From NCBI RefSeq assembly GCF_009914755.1, contig NC_060926.1: a DNA stretch of 64,000 bases. One strand, given 5' to 3'. Position numbers and translations under genes: made by a program. Each line of letters begins with the position of its first letter. Position 1 is the stretch's first letter. Source of the DNA: the human T2T-CHM13v2.0 reference genome, Homo sapiens. The notes below the pieces were generated by a model. It saw only the letters and a list, made by a program, of their open reading frames with translations, did not search any database and was not told the origin of the DNA. Of this stretch, positions 14,001 through 31,492 are shown piece after piece.

Positions 14001-14211
14001 AATATTTATATTATTTTATTGAATAAAAAATAAGCTAACACTATTTTAAATATTTTTCAACAGCCAGTATCTTCGAGAAAGCGTATTTTTGAAACATACT
14101 TATTTGAGTTAAAATTGTGAAATGCATTTAAAAATTGAAATTGAAAGTAGAACTACTGGAGAAGTTTTAAATATTTGTGAGTACATGTATGTGTGTATGT
14201 GCATGTATACT

Positions 14212-14218
<7 letters not shown>

Positions 14219-14250
<32 letters not shown>
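14219..14250. repeat. (TA)n microsatellite
   Basis: Pure TA run preceded by TG-rich sequence. Confidence 0.9.
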
Positions 14251-14255
<5 letters not shown>

Positions 14256-14560
14256 TAAAATACATAGTTAACTTGTTCTTCATTTGGTTCTTGTTTATTT
14301 ATAGATTGGAACAGAAAGAGCAATCTCCACAAGTGTTTATTAAGTTCCTATTATGTGCTGTCCTGCATTTTCAATTCTCAAATGATTTATCAACTTTGAA
14401 GTACAAAGTAGTAAAACATTCTTTCTACACATGTTGAAGAAACTACTGCAAGTTAAATTTGGATAAATATCTCAGTATCTGATGCATCCAGGTACTTGGA
14501 TGATTTCTGTGAACTATATCTGACTTCTCACCAGCAAACATGTTTTAAAAATAATACAAA

Positions 14561-14857
14561 GACGGGGCACAGTGGCTCACGCCTGTAATCTCAGCACTTT
14601 GGGAGGTGAGGCGGGTGGATCACCTGAGGTCAGGAGTTTGAGACCAGCCTGGCCAACATGGTGAAACTCCATCTGTACTAAAAACAGAAAAATTAGCCAG
14701 GCATGGTGGCGGACGCCTGTAGTCTTAGCTATTCAAGAGGCTGAGGCAGGAGAATCTATTGAACCCGGGAGGCGGAGGTTGCAGTGAGCTGAGATTGTGT
14801 CACTGCACTCCAGACTGGGTGACAGAGACTCTGTCTCAAAAAAAAAAATAAAATAAA
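14561..14857 (+). mobile_element. Alu (AluS)
   Basis: Forward Alu dimer with an A-rich tail. Confidence 0.92.
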
Positions 14858-15196
14858 ATTTAAAATAGCTACATTGCTTCACCAATGAAGAATTTACCCT
14901 GCTAACAATTTTTAGAATTTTGGCAAAAAAATGGCTTGAATAACTACATTAAATATGAATTTAATGGCTTGAACATATTGTCTCAGGACATGATTTTATT
15001 TGTACATTTTTAAGGTTTAATATATTTTCAGTTAAAATTATCTATATGTAGATCAATTTCTTGCTTTCGGAGTCTTTTCTGAAGCCTTCTGATGTCTTCC
15101 AGTTTGACCTCTACACCAGCAACAAGCATCTTGACATCTTCCTTCACTATCATCTTGAGGATTCATTTCATTTCTTTTGTTTTGTATCTCGTTCTA

Positions 15197-16560
<1,364 letters not shown>

Positions 16561-17189
16561 CCTGATTCAGTTACTCCACCCCCAATTAAAAAGTATTTTA
16601 CCTTCCTTACCACCACCCTCCTTGAGCTGCACGAATGCCTTCCAGTCTGGAGAGACTAGACCCGAAGACATCTGACAGGATGGAGCAAGGGTAGTTGCAC
16701 AAATCTTTGGAATAAGAGATGAGATTTCAAGATCTAATTGTTTTGTAAGTAGATTTTCAACAAATTCTTCTGTGTTTAGTCCATCCTTGTACTCTACTCG
16801 TAGACATGTAACTCCGGTTGCTTCTTAGCTTCTCACTACTGCTGATTTAAGATTCAGCTTTTTGTGCCTTTATGAACCTTCATTTTGTTTCTAAATGTAC
16901 TTACTTTTATTTTAGGTGGGGTGTCAGGAAGAGAGGGAAGCTAATAGGTAGATTCACTCTAACATCTTTAGCTGCCATCTTTAACGCATACACACATATA
17001 TGCACTCATATACATTAATTTCACATAAATGCTATAATCACTTAAAAATAAGGTAATAAAATTTTTAATACTTCATTTAATTAGACTACATATGGTTCTT
17101 GTCAAATCTACACTAGAACAGCATTTCCAGTTTACATGTATTGAGATAAATCACCAAGGCTTTGCATAAATTTTAGAAATTCTTTCTTC

Positions 17190-17460
17190 CCTAATTTCTG
17201 AATTCTTCAGCCTTCAAGATTCAACTCAGATGTCACCTATAAAGCTTTTCCTGACTCTCCTAAGCTATAGTTTATTGGTCCTTTCTATGTTTACCTATAG
17301 ACTTTTTAATTTAATATACCATTAAAACATATCACATTGTGTTATAACTATGTCTAAATCACTTACTAGACTGTAAGCTTCCAGAAGGCAGGAGTGATGT
17401 TTTGTTTGTACAGTGCCTGGCATATAATGAATACCCAATATATGCTTTGTGGATTAGTTA
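17190..17460. mobile_element. L2 3' fragment
   Basis: ttcaagattcaactcagatgtcacct.., ctagactgtaagcttccagaaggcagg, cagtgcctggcatata. Confidence 0.6.
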
Positions 17461-18329
17461 ACTTATTATTTAAAAAAGCAAACCACACTTTAAGTAAATA
17501 AATTAGGATATGATTATTTTAGAAAATATTCACTATACAAAATAATTTACAATGCATTTAAAATTTCATTACATGGCTTGTTTTCCCCTCCAGGAACATG
17601 TTCATATTAGTATCATTTTTGCATATGTGTGTACATATGTATGCATTTTCCATTGTTCTTCTTTAGTAGGGGTGTTACTCGTCTTTTAAAATACATACGT
17701 GTTATTTTGTTACATATTGGCGATATTTTCCCCTCCAGATATCTTTTGCTAGGAGAGCACTAAGTTGCTATTCATCTAGTTTTTTGATCAGTGCAATATA
17801 TTTTAAGCAACTAGTTCAAAAATACATTCAAATAGCATGCCCTATTCCTCATGAATTGCTATTTCTTTGCTTAAATTTCCCACTCAGACCACCAGCAATC
17901 CCTTAAGTACTTTTCCTACCAGCTAATGCTAGCTTTTAAAAATCTACTTAATGTTTCTCTTTTCTTTCTCTTTGTTGCCTCTGTCACTTAATATACCTGT
18001 GTGCCTGTCTCGATATTGTTCCTTCTCAAGGTCTTTTTATGCTTTTAGGATGATCTTTCCTAGTTTCTTTTTCTACTGTCTTAGATGCTTTGATTCTGCT
18101 GTTTCTCCATTGCAGAGAGCTTAGTGGAAGGAGGAAGTGAATATTAAGAGTGTCTTTTTAAAAAAAGATGTTATGTATAATATTAAAGAGAATATAAATG
18201 CTGGTGGTTACTATATAACTAGTGCTCCAAAAAGGATTTTGATAAACTTTTAGAGTCTTTCATGGAGGCAAAAATACGAAAATGCGTTGTGTTTAAATTT
18301 CTTAGACAAGGGGAAAAGGGAGCATTGAA

Positions 18330-18900
18330 ATTGGGCAATTGTAAAAAATGAATGATAGATACATGGGAGTTCATTATTTTCTATCTCTATGTTTTTGTGT
18401 ATATTAAAATCTATCTAAATACAAGGTTTAAAAGAGGTTAAGTATCATTTTTCATTTCTTTTGACCCAATAATCCCACTTTTGGGTGTCAGTCCTCTAGC
18501 TCATAAAGACAGATGAGCAAGGATGTTAAATATAGCACTATTTGGACTGGAAAGGAACATAACTTGAAAACAGTCTGACAGCTGTACTTCCATTACTAAT
18601 GGAATTGTTGGATAAATTATAGTGTGTCCATACAATATTATATAGCAATCAAAAAGAATGGATTGAGTTATATGCTATATTCTGGAGGGATGTCCAAGAT
18701 GTATTTTTAGGTGTTGAGTAATGCATAAAATGTAATTTCATTTTAATAAAAAGAAGCTATGAATATTGCAAAAAGCTGTGAAGGCATATATACCAATTTA
18801 TCAAAGTTGCTTATTTTAGGAAATCGGAACTTGAAGGAATGGGGTAGAAGAAAAATTAACTTTATTAATCTTTGTACTTAATTTGTTTCAAGTATGTGTT
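18330..18900 (+). mobile_element. Old L1M 3'-end fragments
   Basis: ttttgacccaataatcccacttttggg, ggataaattatagtgtgtccatacaat, gcaatcaaaaagaatg. Confidence 0.55.
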
Positions 18901-19888
18901 ACTTTTGGGGAAAATGTAATGAAGATTTGAAAAAAATTTAAAAATAAAATATTTAAAAAATGAATGTCAATTCATCCAAGATAATAATAACTCATTTTTA
19001 AAGCTGTAAAGAGACACAGAAAGTGATATGCATAAGAAACTAAATGATGAATTAGATCATAATTTGCCTTTGGAAAGAAACATAAATGGATTGATAGCTC
19101 ATGCCTATGAAATGTATATTCAACTCTGATTCTATTCCCAAACTTCTAACAGAAATTGCTGGGTAATAATTAGAAAGGAGACTTTGGCCTTTTATATATT
19201 AATTCAGTATTCTCCTAAAATCTGTGCCTAAACTTTAAGCCTTTTTGTTATGGTAACTGAACCAATCAGTTTCATAGTTAAAGATGTCCCATTTTCAACA
19301 GACCATATTTAACTTGGAACCAAGGGTATCTAGTTATATCAGTTAGGGTTCTTTGGTTGTGAGCAACAGAAACTGAGTCTAGCCAACTTAGACAAAAAGA
19401 AATGTATTGGAAAGATACTAAGCAGGTAATAGAATTCATGTTTCACCTGACAGTTGGGCATTTCTTTTTGTGTTTTAGTATGCCTCTAATTATATTCTCT
19501 GCTTTCAATTATAGCATTGCTCCAAAAGTTCCTAACCAAGCGCCTTTGTCATTTTGCCTTAAGTCTTTTTTTTTTAATTACCATTTTTTAAAAGGGGAAT
19601 TTATGTAACATCTGTTGTTCAAATTGTGCCCTAGTAAATGTTGAGTTTGGAGTTATAATAAGTTTGATTTATTATAAGAGATATTCCTATTCAGATACTT
19701 ACAGATAGTTTCAACCTACATATTTTATTTTAGAATTGTCACCCTTGAGTTTCTCTTTAATACCACCCCAGTGTCTTTGTGTGTGTGTGTGTGTTTAGCA
19801 CATTTGTTTTGTTTATCTTTTTTGTTGTTGTTGTTTTATTGGTAAGTTTTCTGGGGAGATTAATTGTAAAATGTTTATTAACATTAAA

Positions 19889-20195
19889 TTATTATTATTT
19901 TTGAGACAACGTCTCACTCTGTTGCCCAGGCTGGAATGCAGTGGCACCATCATGGCCTACTGCATCCGCAACTTCCTGGACCCAGGTGATCCTCCCACCT
20001 CAGCCTCCCAAGTAGCTGGGACTATGGAAGCGCACTACCAGGCCCTGCTTGTTTTTTGTATGGTTTTGTAGGAACGAGGTTTCTCCATGTTGCCCAGCCA
20101 GGCTGGTCTAGAACTCCTGGGCTCAAGCAATCCGCCCACCACACCACATCTTCCCAAAGTGCTGGGATTACAGGCGTGAGCCATTGCGCCCAGCC
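19889..20195 (-). mobile_element. Alu (AluJ), within old L1-like sequence
   Basis: Reverse dimer with J-type ctcctgggctcaagcaatcc; TSD aaattatt. Confidence 0.9.
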
Positions 20196-21286
20196 AAATT
20201 ATTTTTTTATACCTATGCTATTCTTTATAATTTCTGTCTACTTAACTGGAACAGTCTCTTGTGCTTTTTAATTGGATTCCAGACATCGTGTGTAAAAGGA
20301 CAGCAGGGACTAAGGTAATAAGATTCATGCCCAAAAGTGGTCATGCCTCTTCTGTTAGGTCATTAGTGTAGGAGATTAAGTCAATTTAGGCAGTAGTGAA
20401 ACTGAGTTTGGTTTTGTTGTTGCTGTAGTTATCTGCAGTTGTTCTGGTGGGCTATCATTATCTTGTGCTTAGTTTAGAGCCTGGGGTCTTAGAGAGTTTT
20501 TTTCAATAATTTTGCTCCCTTCACAGCTTTCAGCAGACTTTGCACCCCTGTATGACAGATCTCTGTGCTCCTGAGCCTCTCTAGAAGTAGACTGTTAAGT
20601 TGGTTCAAGGCTTGTGGTAGGGCCTGGAGGGCTCATTCTTGGCCATACCCTGTGCACCTGAGTCTCAGGGGTTAGACGTTTTCAATGTTTGTGCTTCTCC
20701 CCAGACGGCAATACACTTTTGCTTTGTATTAGTGCAGGATCCTTGGCATGAGTGGGTTTTCTCCCCTTTCACAGCAGCAGGTGTCTTTTGCCTAGTGTCA
20801 GGGCAAGGTAAGAATGAGGTGGAGATTGTCTTGGCCAAGTTAACCTTATGAACCTCTGCAGTAAAATGGAAATGATACTACTATCTGATGTAGCAGTGAA
20901 ACATTTAGTTTACTTTATTTGGTACTATACAGATGTTTGTTAATTAGGTAATATTTAATGCAGAAGATATGGGTTGAGCCATGGCTAAAAGGATTAGGAC
21001 TTAGATGGGCAGACTGAAGGCAAGAGGGCATCTTGGGTAGGTTAAGATAAAATAATGATAGGCAGCTGCAATTTGATGTGAAAGTATTTTTTCTTAAATC
21101 AGTTATTCTATACCTCAAGATGTCATTCATTCATTCAGTTAGTCAGTCATTGTCTCTTGCTGCGCTTTACTAAAAGTTGGGGCTTCAGAAGCATATGGCT
21201 CAACTGTAATAGTAAGTTGTACTAATAGATTTCCCAGTATACTGGGAATGATCAGGGAAACTTAATTGAGGCCTGGGTTGGTTTAG

Positions 21287-21610
<324 letters not shown>

Positions 21611-21809
21611 GTCTTTTACTCTTTATAGATTGCTATAAAGAGTTACTTGTAAGTAAAGTAAAGATAATGACAATAACAGTAAAATGATAATAGTAGCTCT
21701 AGTTTATAGAAAGGTTTCTTGTTTTTTATTGTTTGTTTTTGTCTAGGCATTGACCTCTTTTATTAAAGCCCTGCAATACATAAATTATTATTTCCTATTT
21801 ATTTCTTTA

Positions 21810-21950
21810 CATCTTCAGATGAAGAAACTGTATCTCAGAAGAGTTAAGTGAGTTGCTCAAGGCCACTCAGCTAGTTTAAATTAGAGCATGACTTTGAATA
21901 AGGTTAGTATAACTTCAAAGTCTGAACTCATTTTGTTTTATTACTCTGCC
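21810..21950. mobile_element. MIR
   Basis: cagatgaagaaactgtatctcagaagagttaagtgagttgctcaaggccactcagctag matches the MIR core. Confidence 0.7.
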
Positions 21951-22037
21951 TCCCAAGACTCAGATATCTAGTAAGGAAAGCTAGTATTCAGAAACATCCA
22001 ATCAAGAAGCTCCTATGTTAAATTTAATTAATTAATT

Positions 22038-22328
<291 letters not shown>

Positions 22329-23034
22329 TGCTTCTATATTTTTAATTTTTAGTTGTTATTTCAGCCGATATATATATATATATATATTGCTACATAAAGA
22401 CAACTAGCCAAAATTCAACGTAGTATCCAGCCAGTGCTTTGTTATGAATCCGGCATTCTTGCAGGTATGTATTATCTTAATAGTTAGTTGACATTTGGAC
22501 TCCTAGAGATAATCATGACTTACTGGTGATTTCTACCGTGACATTTGTTATGTTCTTCAGACTCAGAAACATTTACACTTTCATATCATGTGGGGTTGTA
22601 TGATTTACAAATTAGGTATTGGCTGGTTTTTTATCTCCTCTTGAAATTTCACATGAATCTTGGTTTGATTCTAAAAGTAGATGTTATTGCGTTATCACAA
22701 ATAAGTAAATTTGGAATTTTGTCAAGTTTTTATATACTTCTTTGGCCTCAAAGCATATCTTAAAGCCATTTTATAGTAAGACTAGCAACTCTTACAGTGG
22801 CAGATTTGGATGGCTAAATATTAAAAAACATAGAAGACTTGACATTGTTGTAAAAATGTGAGATCATACATTATGTCTTAAGATGGTAATAGAAAACATT
22901 TTATCTTTAATTGTGGAATACTCTGTAATTTATAGATATTTTAATAAAATAATTCATATGGAAAATCACTGTTTTTTTAATTGTCAAAATGCAGAGAAGC
23001 AATATGATGGAGATGTATGTAAGGACTGTGTCGT

Positions 23035-23235
23035 TTGTTCATTCAGTAATTCAGTTAACCAATATTTACCATGCTAGACAATCTGTTAGGTCCTGGGGTA
23101 TAAAGAGAAATAATATCTGGTCCTTGTTCTCAAATGGTTTAGAGTTTAATGAAATAGACAAATAATTTGATGAACTATAATATGTTTTAATAAAAGTAGG
23201 AAATAACTGCTGTGGAAGTATAGAGAAGAGCTGAG
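23035..23235. mobile_element. L2 fragment
   Basis: ttgttcattcag..aatatttaccatgctagac..tgttaggtcctgggg..ggtccttgttctca. Confidence 0.55.
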
Positions 23236-23481
23236 AGCTGTGTATAGTTTTTAGTATGTTTTCTTTATGTAGCATGGTTTTTATATATCTGTAGAAAAGT
23301 ATGAAACTGGTAGGGGGTATTTTTCAGCAGTTTCTTACCATGTACTACCAAAGAAGCAGAATGTGAGAGACCAGTAATCCAGTAGTAATACGTGTATCCT
23401 GACAAACTTAAGTAATTAGCTTAGCATAAACCATAAATTGAAATGTCATCAGTAGATTAGTAAATATGAGTCAGGTATCAG

Positions 23482-23499
23482 TATATATATATAGTCTAT

Positions 23500-23564
<65 letters not shown>

Positions 23565-23763
23565 GAGACGGAGTCTTGCTCTGTCGCCCACGCTGGAGTG
23601 CAGTGGCGCGATCTTGGCTCACTGCAGGCTCTGCCCCCAGGGGTTCACCCCCTTCTCCTGCCTCAGCCTCCCGAGTAGCTGGGACTACAGGTGCCCGCCA
23701 CCTCGCCCAGCTAATTTTTTTTGTATTTTTAGTAAAGATGGGGTTTCACCTTGTTAGCCAGGA
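23482..23763 (-). mobile_element. 5'-truncated AluY-family element whose tail carries a (TA)n expansion
   Basis: (TA)n at 23482-23537, T run to 23564, reverse Alu to ..ttagccagga; agtatat on both flanks (short TSD). Confidence 0.88.
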
Positions 23764-25606
23764 AGTATATTTTACAAGACTCTTTTTGTGATTTATCAGC
23801 ATACTTTCATGCCAATGTAAAATGTGGGAGATCTTAAAATTGAGAGGTACAATCAACCCTGAAATTCCAAATCTATTGAAAGCCCAACGTAGACTCTGAT
23901 GACTGTCATTTCACCTAAAGGGAACATATTCTAATTAATTCAAAGCAATATGTCAGTTGCCTGTTCTTTAATATGCTAAAAGACGGATATAGTAATTTGG
24001 AGAAATAACTTCATTAACAAGTGAAGGATTGCTGAAGCAAAGAGTAATTGTCTGATACTAATGGGATAGCAATATACCCAGAGATTAAAGAGTTTTAAGA
24101 GGTTAAAAACAAACAAATTCTGTTTAAGGATTGGTGAATTTTAGCTCCCCACCCCCCATCTAAAAATGAAGCAATTACTTTTTAAAATGAAATGTATCAT
24201 TATGTATAAAATTAATTTTTAAAAGTAATTGATAGTTCTAAAGTAATAAATAACTTTTGGTTAAGATGTTCCTCTTGGGATTATATACCTTAATAAAGGA
24301 AATGTAATCTTTTGAATACCCATCTTGAGTGTTATCAGAAATGGCCTTTACTGTCATACCCATTAGTTCCTACTTGTAGAATTTCTAAAAGTTGAAAATT
24401 TGATTTAGTTTTTTAAAATACTTCTCTTGTTTGAACAAATGTAATTTGCGGTCTTTATAGACAAAACCTTGTACATTATATTCCTGGGCATCCAGATTTG
24501 TTAGGGTAGGTATTTTTGTGAGTAATATTCTGGCTAGCTGAGCATTCATTCGTTTACTCATTACATATTTGAGTGACTATTGCGTGGCAAGTACTAGGCT
24601 AAGCACTGGGGATACAAAGGTGAAAAAAAGACATTGTCTTATAGAAAAGTGACATTTGGTTTATAAAGTTTCTGAAGATTTAGACTCCAAGGAAATGTAT
24701 ACTTTATACTCAATTGCATGTATTAGAAAATTTGACCTTGGTCATATGTTATCTCTAGATTTTAGCTCCCTCATTTATGAAGTGAATGCATCTGGATTAG
24801 GTAACCTACAGATTCTCAGAGAGATTTTAATAGTCTGTCGGTGCCTCATGATTCTGAATAAGGGTTAAAATTTAGAAAAAAATCCTGAGTACCAGACTTT
24901 TTTTCATATTTTATTCATTAGTATATTGAATATGCAAATAAATACTGCCTTGGACAATGTAACATTATTGTCTTTCTCTTATATATTGTATCCTTTCCCC
25001 AAGTTTTGTCTCAAGTATTTTTGTAAAATTCCATTCATCAAACTATTTTTTAAATGGTTTCCACCAGTTGCCTTAGTTTTTTTAAAGTCATCATTCAAGG
25101 TAGTCTTTTTAATTTTTTTTAAATTGGCATCCTGGGGGCTTCAATTTCAGCTAAATCTTTAACCTCTCTTTCATTGTTGATTCATTGCCCAAAGTATCAT
25201 TAACATTATTAAGAAACTTTGGCTTTGGATACATAACCAATTAATATTTAACATGAACATTCTCTTCAATTTTTTTTTTTTTTTTTTTTTTTAGCAGACA
25301 GTGTAGATTTGCACTGAATCCTCCGTAATTCTTCAGCCAGGACTCTTCTAGGATAAAGACATTATCAGAGAAAACACAGCATATAAAAGTAACCACAAGG
25401 AGATGGAACTGCTTGTCACGCGCATTACGTTTCAATGTATTGACTCCAATAGCTAGTGATAACCCACAAAGAGTCTGTCCATTTATTCTGTACACCCCCT
25501 GCGATGCCTGTTCTACTCCCGTACATACAATGGGGGTTCAAACCAAAATAATGGCTAGCATATCTTTGACACAAATGGTTTTTGGGCCATTATAATGTTT
25601 GTTTAA

Positions 25607-25978
<372 letters not shown>

Positions 25979-26065
25979 TGACACTGAATAAGTAAATAAG
26001 CAGTAACTTAAGCAATAGGAAACATCCTCAAAATATCCTAAAAATTCAATTTGGAATGTAGTTTA

Positions 26066-26407
<342 letters not shown>

Positions 26408-26653
26408 CTAATGGTGTTATCTATTCTGTACAGTTCTCTGGGGGCTGATTACAAGTGCTGAATGGCAGTATTAATCTCTGTTGTTTTTCACTTGAGTGAT
26501 CCTATACATTAAAGTCACAGTGTACATTGTTTCTCTGCTTGATTTCTCCTCATCTCAAAATGTAGGGTCAAATGAAAGAGGCAGGTAGATATTTAGAGAA
26601 GAGCATTTTAATCTAAATATAACCATCACGTACTATTAGTAAAGAAATTAAGA

Positions 26654-26958
26654 GGCCAGGCATGGTGGCTCATGCCTGTAATCCCAGCACTTTGGGAGGC
26701 CAAGGCGGGTGGATCATGAGGTCAGGAGTTCAAGACCAGCCTGGACAACGTAGTGAAACCCCGTGTCTACTAAAAATACAAAAATTAGCCGGGCAGGGTG
26801 GCATGCGCCTATAATCCTAGCTTCTTGGGAGGCTGAGGCAGGAGAATCGGTTGAACTGGGGCGGTAGAGGTCACAGTGAGCCAAGATTGCGCCACTGCAC
26901 TTAAGTCAGGGTGACAGAGTGAGACTCCGTCTCAAAAAAAAAAAAAAGAAAAGAAAAA
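26654..26958 (+). mobile_element. Alu (AluSg-like)
   Basis: Forward dimer; TSD aagaaat(t)taaga. Confidence 0.92.
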
Positions 26959-27494
26959 GAAATTTAAGAAATGGATCCATGGGAAATATATACATTTGTT
27001 GAATTGAAAATTATTTTTCAACACTTGGCTTATATCTACTGTGTTGTTCACTTAAAAAGCAGGCAAAATGAAGATGATGCTTTAAAAGGAGTTATAGTTA
27101 GAAATTTGGAACTACCATACTGTTCCAGAAGACTTGATTTAATATCTGGTCATGAGTTGCACAATTAATAAATTTTAGACCTCATTCAATATATTTTCAT
27201 GCCTGATTTATCCTTGTTTGAGAACTCAATACAAGATTCATAGTAATATTTTAGCTTTCTAGACAGGATATTTAGTAGCCAGGCTCAGGGTGGCATTGTA
27301 TTGGTATGCCAGTTGGTAGGCCTTTTGACTATACATTGGCAGGATAACTTGAATGATACCCTCTCCCAAACCTGTCCCACATCCTCATATCTCTGGCAAC
27401 TCTATTGTAGAGTAGTTAGCCAGAGGTGATTGCTTGTAGGGGAATATAATGGTTATTTTCTGGTTGTTCCAAAGGAAAGAAAATATTATCTCCA

Positions 27495-28025
27495 TGTATT
27501 ATTTATTGCTATATAGCACATTGCCCCAAATTTAGCAGCTTAAAACAAATATTTATTATCTAACAAAGTTCCTGAAGATCAGGAATTTGGGTATGAATGG
27601 TTCCTATGGTTCTGGCCCAGGGTGTCTTTATCAGGTTGCAGTTAAGCTGTCAGCTGAGGTTGCCGTTATCTCAGTGCTTGACTGGGACTGGAAAATCTTT
27701 CCGGGGTCACTCACATGGTTGTTGGCAGGCCTCAGTTTCTTGCTAACTGTTGATTAGATGCTTCAGTTTTTCACCCTGTGGGCCTTCCATGAGGTTCACA
27801 ATATGGCAGCTTCCACTAGAGTGTAAGATCAGAGAGACAGAGAGTGGACACCCAAGATGAGAGTCATAGTCTTTTATAACCTAATTTCAGAAGTGACATA
27901 CCATTACTGCAGCCATGTGGTGATCATACAGACCAACCCTAATCCCCTGAGAGAGGGGACTACACAGGGTGGAAATATGAAGATGCAAAGATCATTGAGG
28001 ACCATCTTGGAGGCTGGCCACCAAA
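27495..28025 (-). mobile_element. MaLR LTR (MLT1 family)
   Basis: ccccaaatttagcagcttaaaacaaatatttattatct..ctcacatggttgttggcaggcctcag..ggaccatcttggaggctggccacca. Confidence 0.72.
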
Positions 28026-28155
28026 CTCCTCGTGATGGATATCATCATTGGTAGTTCTCTAGCTGGCTATCTGTAAGTCTCCAAAGCTACACTTGAACTG
28101 TCTAGCATTTAGATTAGTACAGCTAGAGGAGCTAAGTTTGAATTTTTAAAAAATC

Positions 28156-28482
<327 letters not shown>

Positions 28483-29850
28483 TTATCAGATCACTTGGTG
28501 TTAGGCCTGGTATGTACAACTGAGTTACTAAAAGATTTCATCAAGTAGGTAGCAGATATTTAGGAAGAGTACTTAAAGAAAATGACTTGTTTTTAAATTT
28601 TCCTTCTTTATAGGTCCAGGTTTAATTCACTACAGAGGATAATTTTGTTTGCTTTGCAAGACAGCCAGACTAGAGGTTAAATGTTTTTTTTGACAGTATG
28701 TGGTTACAAATCAGTCTTGCCAGTCCTATGTTAATTCGTTATTTCCACTGTCTCCAGACTCTGGTGATAGTGATACAAATTAAGATAATCACATGAATAA
28801 ATTAGTGGCAATAATTTCTTTGAGTCTTTTTCTTGGCCTTTAAGTTGGTCACTTTGCATTACTTGTATAAATTTCTAATGTAAACAGAGAGCAAATTGTG
28901 TGTGTGTGTATGCACATGAGTGAAATCTATAATGAAATCCCAGTTTAGAGAAGGAATTATACGTTTAAAGTCTTCAATTTTATGAAAACAATGATTCCAC
29001 ATTTCTTCAAGTGGCTGCCATAGAATGGAAATTGAAATCCCTGGGTGGGAAGTGTGCTAGAAATCATAGTATTCCTTTTCAAAGTATTTTGCATCCCCTT
29101 ATACATATATTCAGTACTTCATTTCTAACCCCTACACACTAAATCATGCTGTGATTCATAATACTCTGTTATGTTTTAAATTCAAATATTGTTTTTAAAG
29201 GGAAATTGCTACTAATGTTGGCTAAGCTGCACGTAATAGTTTAGTAAATGGTTGTAGGTTTGATTCTTCTCATGTCAATCTAAATGTGAACTAACATTAT
29301 TCAAAATCCTTTTAAGATACTGAATAATTGTTTCAGTTAACTAAATGCTTCATCAAGTAATATCAATTTATGAAGTATGGTTGGGTTTAGGGCATTTATT
29401 ATTTAAAGAAAAAAGCAATAGGTACATACCTACGTAACAATGTTAATGGATATGTTTTGGGTGCCATGTGTTTGAAGAAAGAGGGATTTTCATATCTTAA
29501 CAGAACAAGTATAGATCATTGAAAAAATTTAAAAGTAATGTATGATTTAGTTTACTCTTATTTAATTTGTTAAAATATCAGCTTTAATGAGATATAATTT
29601 ACAGAAATGCACCAATTTTGATGTACATTTTAATGAGTTTTGAAAGTTTTATACATTCATGTAACCTATGGAACATTTCTATCACCCCAGAATGTTTTCT
29701 TCTGTTTTTCTTCCAGTCAAATACTACTTCTCGGGTAAAAACTGATCTACTCTCTGTCACTATTGATTAGATTAAACTCTTCTCGTGTTTCATATAAATG
29801 CATTCTTATATGTTCTCTTTTTTTTCCCTAATATATTTCACTTAGCATGA

Positions 29851-30156
29851 TTTTTTTTTTTTTTTTTTTTTTTGAGATGGAGTCTTGCTCTGTCGCCTAG
29901 GCTGGAGTGCAATGGTGTGATCTTGGCTCACTGCAACCTGTGCCTCCTGGGTTCAAGTGATTCTCCCTGCCTCAGCCTCCTAAGTAGCTGTGATTACAGG
30001 TGCCCACAACCACACCCGGCTAATTTTTGTATTTTTAGTAGGGACAGGGTTTCACTATGTTGGCCAGGCTGGTCTCTAACTCCTAACCTCAGGTGATCCA
30101 CCCGCCTCAGCCTCCCAAATTGTTGGTATTACAGGTGTGAGCCACCGCACCTGGCC
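29851..30156 (-). mobile_element. Alu (AluS)
   Basis: Reverse dimer; TSD agcatgat. Confidence 0.92.
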
Positions 30157-30210
30157 AGCATGATGTTTTTGAGATTCATCCATATTGTGGTGTGTATCTG
30201 TTGTTCGTTT

Positions 30211-30379
30211 CTTTATTTTTTTCACTTTTTTTAGAGACAGGGTCTCCCTCTGTTGCCCAGGCTGGAGTGTAGTGGCCTGATCATGGCTCACTGAAACCTG
30301 AAAATCCTGGGCTTAAGTGATCCTCCTACCTTAGCCTCCTGGGTTGCTGGGATTACAGACATGTATCATCATGCCTGGC
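30211..30379 (-). mobile_element. Alu right monomer (FRAM/AluJ)
   Basis: agagacagggtctccctctgttgcccaggctggagtg..gggcttaagtgatcctcc. Confidence 0.82.
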
Positions 30380-30430
30380 TTTGTTTCCTTTTTATTCCCT
30401 AGTAGTATTGCGTTGTATAAATATGGCCAC

Positions 30431-30718
<288 letters not shown>

Positions 30719-31192
30719 TCATTTATGTATTCATCTATTGATAGACATTCAGGTTGTTTCCGGTTTTGGGCTGTTTTGCATAAAACTAGTGTGAACATTC
30801 ATATACAAGTTTTTGTGTGTGTGGACATGTGTTTTTCTTTCTCTTGGGTAAATACCTAGGAGTAGAATTGTTAGATTGTATAAGTGTACATTTAACTTTG
30901 TAAGATATTACCAAACTGTTTTCCCAAGTGGTTGTACTATTTTACATTGCCACTAATAATGTATGAGAGTTCCAGTTGCTTCACATTTTTGCTAATGCTT
31001 GGTACTGTCAATTATCTTTAACCATTCTGCTAGGTGTGTAGTGTATCTCATTGCGGTTCTATGCAGATTCCTGATGACGATGACGTTGAACATCTTTTCA
31101 TGTGCTTATTGGTCATTCATATATCTTCATCTGTGAAGTGTATGTCAAATGTTTTGCCCATTTTAAAAATCAGATTGTCTTAATGAGTTGTA

Positions 31193-31492
<300 letters not shown>

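Noticed and set aside
25241-25495. Processed pseudogene on the - strand ending in poly(A)
   Set aside because: No recognisable protein, poly(A) signal or TSD; kept only as a low-score finding.
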